From an uncultured archaeon (lineage in GTDB: Archaea; Asgardarchaeota; Thorarchaeia; Thorarchaeales; Thorarchaeaceae), in contig CAYHAA010000005.1 of assembly GCA_964354495.1 (NCBI GenBank), forward strand, positions 150,001 through 182,000: 32,000 bases of DNA. The letters run 5' to 3'. The notes under the pieces are model-generated. The model did not search any database. It was not told the DNA's origin and saw nothing but the letters and a program-made list of their open reading frames with translations. Position 1 is the stretch's first letter. Each line of letters starts with the position of its first letter. A program made the translations under genes and the position numbers. Shown here piece by piece: positions 1 to 7,047 of this stretch.

Positions 1-194
1 AGGCTTGCATTGGTTCCATCTTCCGCCTCCACTCGAATTGAGCTGTTGGTCCAGTACTCTTCCTCGAAGGTGTGGCCAAAAACAACGGCTTCATCACCAG
101 CAGTCCAAGCACCAGACACTGGCATCGTGGCGAATGGGAGCACAAGAATCATCAAGACCGATAAGGTCAGGATTTTACATTTAGTAGCGTGCAT
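1..194 (-). CDS. Partial gene (runs off window start): secreted or surface protein with signal peptide
   Basis: My manual translation from ATG at 194 gives MHATKCKILTLSVLMILVLPFATMPVSGAWTAGDEAVVFGHTFEEEYWTNSSIRVEAEDGTNAS..., open to the edge. It has a basic N-region, a hydrophobic core, a VSGA-type cleavage site and N-x-S sequons. It is absent from the supplied ORF track, and the +10..198 ORF is its shadow. Confidence 0.75.
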   Translation of the reverse strand, partial: MHATKCKILTLSVLMILVLPFATMPVSGAWTAGDEAVVFGHTFEEEYWTNSSIRVEAEDGTNAS

Positions 195-261
195 ATGAAA
201 CTCTCGAATCAATGTACGGGTTTCAATATTAAAAACAAATGCATGATAAATCCATAGACAG

Positions 262-1527
262 TCATTCAATGAAATCAGCAAGTTTCGTCTGGCTTCTGTA
301 CTCCTGGTAGAGCTTGCTCTTTTTGAGCCATCGGTGGACTGGGTTACGCAGGTATTTCCCAATCTCTGCAGTTGCCTCATCCATAGTCTGTAACCTCTTG
401 ACACCTCTATCTAATGCTCGTTTTGCTATCTCACGAAATCGCCAGACACCAAGAGGAATCCATTGCTGAGGATCTGTTTCCAAGAAGACAATCACTCCAG
501 ATTGCTTCCGAATACTAACGAGATACTCCAGAGCTGGCAAACGGGTTGCATAGTAGGCTCCAACGACATCTTTGGCATAATCCTTTCGTCCTTTTCCGAA
601 TTCATAATCATTGATGATCGTTGGATTCAGGCCTCCGAGCCAGGACTCCATAGCTTCGAACTGCCAGCCACCCGGATAGAAGAGCATAGCAACAGTGTTC
701 CCAAGAGCCTGATCGATACTTACCAAATAGTCGTTGATTGAGGAGTACCTCAGCACTTGTCTGTGCAGGCGACGACCGACAATGTCATCGATGGCAGTGA
801 TACTCCATTTGGTAGGAACCAGTCTTCGCTTCTTTCTCTGACCTAGGACACCAACAGAGAGGAGACGGGTGATATGTTCTTGACGAATGCCATCTTTGAA
901 GAGGTCCATAATGCCGCCTACGGCCTTGAGGTCTGTATCTGATGTGACCCTATCAACCACCCTCGGTACCTTGGGTTCATCCTCGAGTCGGAAGATATCA
1001 AGTGGCGCTGAGGGGCCGATGGGCAGAGTCACGTCAGAAAAAACCGTCGTGAAAGATGGTTTCTTCAGTAATGTTGCTTCAGAATAGAGAGCAGACTCTG
1101 ACAATGCAAGTGTCTGTGTTTCTGCGAGGTCTCGAGGAGGATCTACTGCAGCATCCACAGGCATTAGTTTCTTCGTTCGTACAAGACTGAATCTGAGTGC
1201 CAGGATCTCATCAATGGTCCTATCGAGCCAAAGATCAGGCCGCTCCATGAGTGAAGCTTCATCAACCCGTACAGGAGGGATTAATGGCCCTGCCAACACC
1301 TTGGGATAGCCAGTTTCTCCTATGAATAGAGAGGGAGGCGAAGCGCCGACTAGTTCGTTTCCCTTGAAGGCATCATCAATCTGAGCAAGAGCCTTCGCGC
1401 GCATCAGCAACGGGCAGGGTCTGACACCACAGAGCGCTCTATGTCCCATGCACTTCGAGCACACCCGCTCATCATAGGATGCTCGCTTTGGAGTCTCCGG
1501 TGCTGGAACTAGCTTTGTCTGGGGCAT
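262..1527 (-). CDS. nreA: Nre-family archaeal DNA repair protein (NreA)
   Basis: N-terminal CSKC-x6-CGVRPCP Zn motif, the Nre-type segments GASPPSLFIGETGYPKV, LVPTKWSITAIDD and GAYYATRL, and a C-terminal PCNA-binding PIP box QTKLADFI. Confidence 0.9.
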   Translation of the reverse strand: MPQTKLVPAPETPKRASYDERVCSKCMGHRALCGVRPCPLLMRAKALAQIDDAFKGNELVGASPPSLFIGETGYPKVLAGPLIPPVRVDEASLMERPDLWLDRTIDEILALRFSLVRTKKLMPVDAAVDPPRDLAETQTLALSESALYSEATLLKKPSFTTVFSDVTLPIGPSAPLDIFRLEDEPKVPRVVDRVTSDTDLKAVGGIMDLFKDGIRQEHITRLLSVGVLGQRKKRRLVPTKWSITAIDDIVGRRLHRQVLRYSSINDYLVSIDQALGNTVAMLFYPGGWQFEAMESWLGGLNPTIINDYEFGKGRKDYAKDVVGAYYATRLPALEYLVSIRKQSGVIVFLETDPQQWIPLGVWRFREIAKRALDRGVKRLQTMDEATAEIGKYLRNPVHRWLKKSKLYQEYRSQTKLADFIE

Positions 1528-1573
1528 TGCATATCAACCGAGAGCGCCTATATCGATACCGAAATTACAGCAT

Positions 1574-1587
1574 ATCCTTCTAAGGAT
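1574..1587. promoter_or_regulatory. Short palindrome ATCCTT-CT-AAGGAT upstream of nreA, possible operator
   Basis: 6-bp perfect arms with a 2-nt spacer in the 96-bp gap upstream of nreA. It could occur by chance. Confidence 0.2.
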
Positions 1588-1623
1588 TTGGACCTATATC
1601 TATCTCTCACAACCGCCGAGTGT

Positions 1624-2070
1624 CTAGAATGGCTTGAGAAGCCATATCCTCCTGGTCTCGTAGAATAACACTAGGATGGCAATCACACTCAAAGCGATAT
1701 ACATGAAATCTTTCCCGCTGGGAGGCCACGAAAGGAAGAATATTCCATAGAGGACGAGCATGGCTAGAAACAGTGTTCCTAGAAACAAGAACCTCGGAAG
1801 AAGTCTAGTTCCGAACTTGATGAATAGAGAGAGTGAACCTACACGAATAGTCCTGGAAATCGAATAGCTTCCGAATTCATCCTTCTTGACAAGATCAAGT
1901 TCTGAGAGTTTCGTAAGATGGTGAAGAGCCAGACTCGGGCTGGAGAATCCAAGAGCCCTCTGAATATCTCGAACGCCCATCTGTCCTTGAGAGAGAAGAA
2001 GGGCGTAAACGCTCATTGTACGTCCCTTCAGGAGCTTGTCTATAACATCCTTCTCTGAATCAGTGCTCAC
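1624..2070 (-). CDS. Membrane-tethered winged-helix (ArsR-like) transcription regulator
   Basis: GTG start. The wHTH segment GVRDIQRALGFSSPSLALHHLTKLSELDLVKKDEFGSY is followed by two hydrophobic TM segments (FLFLGTLFLAMLVLYGIFFL; FMYIALSVIAILVLFY). Confidence 0.8.
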   Translation of the reverse strand: MSTDSEKDVIDKLLKGRTMSVYALLLSQGQMGVRDIQRALGFSSPSLALHHLTKLSELDLVKKDEFGSYSISRTIRVGSLSLFIKFGTRLLPRFLFLGTLFLAMLVLYGIFFLSWPPSGKDFMYIALSVIAILVLFYETRRIWLLKPF

Positions 2071-2154
2071 AATCTAACCACCACGAAATGTCTGTTCTGC
2101 TCTCTTGTATGTAACTCAACATAAGATAAAGTGGATGGGCGCAACAGCCCATCA

Positions 2155-2883
2155 TCACGCATCCGGATAACTCACTGCCGTTGTTATCGCTGTGTAGAGA
2201 TTCTGAAGCGGCATGACAAAATGGCCATTGTCGACAAGCCAATAACCAGTCCCCCACGAAAGCACTGGTGGAACAACTCTATCTTCAAAATCCCCGCTCC
2301 ACGTGCCATTTACTATGTACACGAATCCGTCAGAACTGGTGAATCCGACGTTGAAACACGTATTGTCATTGAAATAGGCAGTCATATAAAAATCAATGGG
2401 CCAAGTGTGTGGCCAATAACCAGTTGGGTGACTAGCTGCCTGTTCCATCTGACCAATTCCGTCATCAATGAGTGAACCACTCAGGCTATTCCACTCGATC
2501 TTAGTGAGTGTTCCCTTACCTATGATATTGTCATCGAATGGCGAGAATAGCACATTGATCTCACCGCCCGTTTCATTCTCGGTCATGTAGACTGCGTCGA
2601 CAAATGCTCCAGGGTGAGCCGCATCGTAATAGTCTGAGAGATTCATGTTGACAAGAGTTGAGTTACACATCCAATAGAAGACAACATTATCCCTCATAGA
2701 ATTGAGATACAGTGCAGCCTTGGCACCAAGTCCAGCAACGGGATTTGTCGATGTGGTCGTTGTGTTATTACCGCCATTGCCAGGAAGATTCACCGCAACA
2801 ATGAAGACACCAGTGGTGATGATGACTGCGACCAGCACCGAGGCAAGAACTTTATTTGATAGCCCAGTTTCGTAGCTTTTCAA
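2155..2883 (-). CDS. Membrane-anchored extracellular hypothetical protein
   Basis: TTG start with upstream GAGG. One N-terminal TM helix, then an N/T/G-rich linker (GNGGNNTTTTSTN), then a beta-rich domain with several N-x-S/T sequons. Confidence 0.75.
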   Translation of the reverse strand: MKSYETGLSNKVLASVLVAVIITTGVFIVAVNLPGNGGNNTTTTSTNPVAGLGAKAALYLNSMRDNVVFYWMCNSTLVNMNLSDYYDAAHPGAFVDAVYMTENETGGEINVLFSPFDDNIIGKGTLTKIEWNSLSGSLIDDGIGQMEQAASHPTGYWPHTWPIDFYMTAYFNDNTCFNVGFTSSDGFVYIVNGTWSGDFEDRVVPPVLSWGTGYWLVDNGHFVMPLQNLYTAITTAVSYPDA

Positions 2884-2931
2884 TCATTTCGCCTCGGTAT
2901 ATATGTCCCCCGCAGAGATATGACTCTACGT

Positions 2932-2961
2932 TTTGTACAGCATGTACAATGATTTGTACAG
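2932..2961. promoter_or_regulatory. Putative operator: three TGTACA boxes in a divergent promoter
   Basis: TGTACA at 2934, 2943 and 2955. TTGTACA-GCA-TGTACAA is a perfect 7-3-7 palindrome (2933-2949), and TTTGTACAG repeats directly 21 bp apart. Confidence 0.45.
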
Positions 2962-3019
2962 GGTCTTTGATGTTGTCACAAGAAAGTATTTGATGCACTA
3001 CTGTAACTCCATTCAAATC

Positions 3020-3319
3020 ATGCTCACAAGACGGGAAGAGATTACCAGACTTCTGGAATCCGCCGAACAGCCAATGACTGCTCAGGACATCTGCGATATA
3101 TTGGATTTGGAAAAGAGATCCATTGTCTATGATGACATCGATCATATCGCACGTTCAGTCAAGAATCAGGGCAAGGAAGTCGTCGTCAAGCCGGCGAGCT
3201 GTGGCAAGTGTCATTATGTATTCAAGGTTAAGGGCTCAGCAAAGGCTCCCACCAAGTGTCCGAAATGTAAGTCGGAGTGGCTATTGGCTCCTGCTTTTTT
3301 AATTAGAAACAGGAAATAA
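3020..3319 (+). CDS. HTH plus Zn-ribbon transcriptional regulator (COG3357-like)
   Basis: Likely start MLTRREEI at 3020; the ORF track extends to 2933. HTH segment MTAQDICDILDLEKRSIVYDDIDHIARS, then CGKC and CPKCKSEW, which is typical of this archaeal family. Confidence 0.85.
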   Translation: MLTRREEITRLLESAEQPMTAQDICDILDLEKRSIVYDDIDHIARSVKNQGKEVVVKPASCGKCHYVFKVKGSAKAPTKCPKCKSEWLLAPAFLIRNRK

Positions 3320-3322
3320 TCA

Positions 3323-3631
3323 CTATTCATCCAACTTGTAGACTCTTTTGATTCCAGCGCCCTCGTGTTCGATGTCTGTGACCCTTGTCACCATGAAGTC
3401 GGAGAGACCAAATTCCGCATCCTCTACGTACCCATGAACCACTACTCTCATACCCACTCGAGGAAGAAACCGATGCTTGTCCATTACACTCGCTGAAATT
3501 CGTACGGTATAGGTCTTCCCTGTAGACTCATTCTGGACCACAATATCAGTCGAACCATACCATTGTTGAGAGCTTACACGAGTCGTATGACTACGTCCAA
3601 CTTCACGTATCACACCTTTGATAATCGTCAT
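3323..3631 (-). CDS. Small single OB-fold protein (putative nucleic-acid binding)
   Basis: OB-like strand pattern (IIKGVIREV...TYTVRI...VGMRVVVHGYV...VTRVTDI). Its ATG overlaps the TGA of the upstream EndoQ gene (ATGA, 3628-3631). Confidence 0.6.
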   Translation of the reverse strand: MTIIKGVIREVGRSHTTRVSSQQWYGSTDIVVQNESTGKTYTVRISASVMDKHRFLPRVGMRVVVHGYVEDAEFGLSDFMVTRVTDIEHEGAGIKRVYKLDE

Positions 3632-4905
3632 TCGGCTTCACACTCCCATGGAGGGATGAGTCTGCCATATCGACCACCACCTCCGGCCATATAACACGCA
3701 GTACCATTCCGGTATGCTTCTATCACCTGTGCAACTCTATCACTGACTTCACGTATACTCTCTATGGGAGTACTTGTGAGAATAGAGGTTTCGGAACCAA
3801 AACTCGTTCTCATTCTATCGTATAGCTTGCCCGCGGTTCTCGAGGCGGAGGATTTGACTTCAAGGGCGGATGCGATGATATCGAGCAGCGGTGCGATATG
3901 GAGATAGCGAGGACGGTGGTCAGGAGATTTCGAAACTCCCTCGCCAATTTCCAGGGCACGGTCCCGCACTCCCAGACGAAGGGGCTTACCATCAGCAGGA
4001 CAGTGCACCTTTCGTAGATGAATATCATGAAGAAGTCTATCCTTCTCTGCACTGTTGACACAATTGATGTAGATGTTGAGATCGTCAAATATGGGGAATC
4101 CATCGCCCTCACTAATCACAAGTGTCCGGCGGCACTTGGAGCAGAACGACAGATAATACTTGCCAAGACGTGGATCTAGTCCAACATTCAAAGCAGCCTT
4201 TCTGCCTCCCTCGCGTCTTATTGCATGTCGAAGTTCCTCGAATGAACAAGACTCCATCTCGAATCGTGTGAACTCTCTCCCCAACCTATCGGGACCCGGA
4301 GAGTGTGCATCACTCGAGGTGATGTACGTGAGATCTCGCAGTTGAGGGATGCAATCAGCAATTTCAGAGTCAGCAGAGAGACCCAGCTCAATGAAGTGTA
4401 TGTTGCTTGCTTCATGACCATAGCAAGTCTGGAGAGTCGAATGTCTATTCTCCCGAAATATGGACTTGAAGGGCGTGAAGGCATGAGCAGGCCCTATCAT
4501 TCCCCCAACGTCTCGTACGAGCCCTGCTAATTCAGCACCGGCGATATTCACTCGTGGTCTCCCGCCCCACTCTGTTTCGAGATTAGGGGAATGTGGCCTG
4601 GTAGCTGTGCGCAGGTCTTCTACCGCGTCTAGGTCGGGCAAGATAACCACATGATGGATTGATTCGAAATCCTCAATCTCGACTGTCGGGACAAATGCAA
4701 TGGCATCAAACGTATAGACGTCATTGACTTGCTTCAGATGAGTTCGAAGATGTTTCAACCATTGAGGCTGTGTTGCGTCCCCTGTTCCCAGCAGATGAAG
4801 CCCCTTCTCCTTCGCTCCCTGGGCGATTCGAGGGACAGTCATAGCACTACTTACGCCGATGGAGTGGAGAGAGTGGATATGGAGATCAGTATCAAAAAGA
4901 GGCAT
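3628..4905 (-). CDS. endoQ: Endonuclease Q family protein (PHP domain, TIGR00375-like)
   Basis: PHP motifs DLHIHS, PAH and SSDAHS, the family signatures ELGLSAD, LGRE, LGKYY-x3-CSKC and GVRDR, and C-terminal GGGGRYG. Confidence 0.88.
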   Translation of the reverse strand: MPLFDTDLHIHSLHSIGVSSAMTVPRIAQGAKEKGLHLLGTGDATQPQWLKHLRTHLKQVNDVYTFDAIAFVPTVEIEDFESIHHVVILPDLDAVEDLRTATRPHSPNLETEWGGRPRVNIAGAELAGLVRDVGGMIGPAHAFTPFKSIFRENRHSTLQTCYGHEASNIHFIELGLSADSEIADCIPQLRDLTYITSSDAHSPGPDRLGREFTRFEMESCSFEELRHAIRREGGRKAALNVGLDPRLGKYYLSFCSKCRRTLVISEGDGFPIFDDLNIYINCVNSAEKDRLLHDIHLRKVHCPADGKPLRLGVRDRALEIGEGVSKSPDHRPRYLHIAPLLDIIASALEVKSSASRTAGKLYDRMRTSFGSETSILTSTPIESIREVSDRVAQVIEAYRNGTACYMAGGGGRYGRLIPPWECEAE

Positions 4906-4916
4906 GACTGATATCC

Positions 4917-5906
4917 TCAGAGGTTGATGACTACCTTTGTCACAGATGGTTGAGATGCAAACTCAAATGCTTTGCTGCCATCCTCAAGTTTGAACACCTT
5001 TGAAACAAGCCGCTTGACCTCTACACGACCCTGTGCGAGGTATTCGATTGCTTTCTCGAATGGCCCCCGGCTGGTGCCAAAGACTGTCAGCTCCCTGTTG
5101 ACAATGTCAGTTGGATTGATTGGATACTCACAGCCATGCATACTCTTCAGGGCAACAATGCCGCCATTTCTGACAATGCCCAGAGCCATACTGATGCCAT
5201 CTATGTTGCCTGTCGCCTCGATTGCTATTCTCGGTCCAATTCCATTTGTTGCTTTGAGAATATCACTACGCCAATTCCCAGAATCAGTATCATGCGTGTT
5301 CCGAAGGCCGAGTTGTTTTGCAAGGCCTAGCTGCCATCGATTATGACCTACAATGTGGACATCGGCCCCGCACACATCGTAGACCTGTGCAAGTAGAAGA
5401 GCCAGCTTCCCGCTTCCAAATATGACTACAGGCTCATTCACCTCTGCATGTGCCTGTCGCTCCGTGGCAATCGCAGAGGCCAGAGGCTCTATGAATGTAG
5501 CTGATGTGGCGTCTACTTCTCCGGGCAATACATGCAGCAAGTCAACGGGAACACAGAGATACTCTGAGAGCCCTCCATCACGTGTGAGACCTAGTACCTC
5601 TTTGGACGTACATAGATGTCTGTGTCCACTCCTGCAGAACCAGCATCTGCCACAAGGAATGTCAATCTCAGTTGTCACAGGAGTTCCTGCTTCAAAGTCA
5701 GGAGAAGAACTCTCATGAACGACTCCTGCTATCTCATGGCCAAGGACAACAGGGAGATTGGTTTCATAGTCTCCCTTCCAGATTGCCAAATCAGTACCGC
5801 AAATGCCGACAGAACGGACTTCTATCCGTACGTCGCCGGGCATGAGGGTGGGAATCGGCTTGTTAGCAATCTTCAAACCGTTTGAGGTCAATACAAGTGA
5901 TTGCAT
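4917..5906 (-). CDS. Zn-dependent medium-chain alcohol dehydrogenase (MDR)
   Basis: GICGTD, LGHE, structural-Zn CGRCWFC-x7-C and Rossmann GSGKLA. Likely ATG at 5906 behind a GGAGGG SD; the ORF track starts at 5939. Confidence 0.9.
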   Translation of the reverse strand: MQSLVLTSNGLKIANKPIPTLMPGDVRIEVRSVGICGTDLAIWKGDYETNLPVVLGHEIAGVVHESSSPDFEAGTPVTTEIDIPCGRCWFCRSGHRHLCTSKEVLGLTRDGGLSEYLCVPVDLLHVLPGEVDATSATFIEPLASAIATERQAHAEVNEPVVIFGSGKLALLLAQVYDVCGADVHIVGHNRWQLGLAKQLGLRNTHDTDSGNWRSDILKATNGIGPRIAIEATGNIDGISMALGIVRNGGIVALKSMHGCEYPINPTDIVNRELTVFGTSRGPFEKAIEYLAQGRVEVKRLVSKVFKLEDGSKAFEFASQPSVTKVVINL

Positions 5907-6132
5907 AGTACCCTCCCTCTTCGTATTAGAGATGAACAAATCCTTCTACAAAAACGACAAGATAAGATATTCGGTTGGAGTATGACTTAAGTGGAGGAGT
6001 CTACAGTTGAGCCTCACCTAACTTGCAATCGGTACGCCTGTCAAACCAGATAGGGCAGCCTTGGCTCGGCAAATCGGAGAGGCAATAACCTATACTTCAC
6101 ATGTATGAGCAGTAAGAGAAGAGGAGCAACTG

Positions 6133-7026
6133 ATGAGCGCACCAGTCATGTTCAACAGGCGGCTTCGCAGAGATGAGACTGACACATGGCTAGATCTTGT
6201 GGATCAGACCACCGAACACGGTTGCGCAGATCGGAAACTTGCTTTGAGCTACTTGGGACTTCCTGATACGATTGCATTCGTTTCAAGTATCAATGATGAG
6301 ATGATTGGCGGAACTGCGATATATCAAGACAGGAATCGCTTGGGAATGGTTCTGAGTTCGGTGGCGGTACTTAGGAAACTCAGAAGAACTAGTGCATTTC
6401 AGATTATCAAGACCTCTCTTCCCTTCCTGAGAACCGCTGCGATACGAAACGTCGATGCCCTCGTTGCAGATAGACCACAGCGGACAGGGATAGGCTTTCC
6501 AGCAAGTCTAGCACTTGACTCGTGGACAATGAGAACTCTGGCAAGTATGGATTTTGAGTCTATTGGGACTATGTGGAGCTATGTTCTTGAATGCGGTGAA
6601 AGCAGCATGGTCGACTCGAATGAAACGAAGTGGGACAGAGAACCAAATGTGGAGGGAACAAAGCAGCTAATCTGGGCACAGAGAGAAGCGACAGGACAGT
6701 CTAATTCTCTTGTATGGAATGCTTTTGATTTTGCATGCAGTAGAAAGACGCTCAAGACCTATTCGGTCGATGGTGTCGCAAGAATTGCCTCCAGTATTGA
6801 GAGGCTCAATGATATCACTGTTGTAGGGCTGATAGTGGTTGATCCTGATTGTTCCGAATCATCTGCAGTGAATTACGTCGTTTCTGAGCTATGCAGAGAA
6901 CAGACATTGATCGTTCATATTCCGCTCGTTGGTGGAGGACTAACTAGTCTTGTAGAGTCATTAGCTGACCGACTAGGTGCATCTCCGAAGAAACAGCCTC
7001 TGACATTACTGAGAAAACGCCTGTAG
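6133..7026 (+). CDS. Hypothetical protein, possibly a degenerate tandem GNAT fold
   Basis: Long ORF with an upstream GAGGAG. The segment MIGGTAIY...LSSVAVLRKLRR resembles the GNAT beta4/motif A region but lacks the R/QxxGxG glycines. Confidence 0.55.
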   Translation: MSAPVMFNRRLRRDETDTWLDLVDQTTEHGCADRKLALSYLGLPDTIAFVSSINDEMIGGTAIYQDRNRLGMVLSSVAVLRKLRRTSAFQIIKTSLPFLRTAAIRNVDALVADRPQRTGIGFPASLALDSWTMRTLASMDFESIGTMWSYVLECGESSMVDSNETKWDREPNVEGTKQLIWAQREATGQSNSLVWNAFDFACSRKTLKTYSVDGVARIASSIERLNDITVVGLIVVDPDCSESSAVNYVVSELCREQTLIVHIPLVGGGLTSLVESLADRLGASPKKQPLTLLRKRL

Positions 7027-7047
7027 GAAAAGTCATTTTCCATTGCC

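Noticed and set aside
10-198. 62-aa plus-strand ORF from the track
   Set aside because: It is the antisense shadow of the signal-peptide gene on the minus strand (194 to <1).
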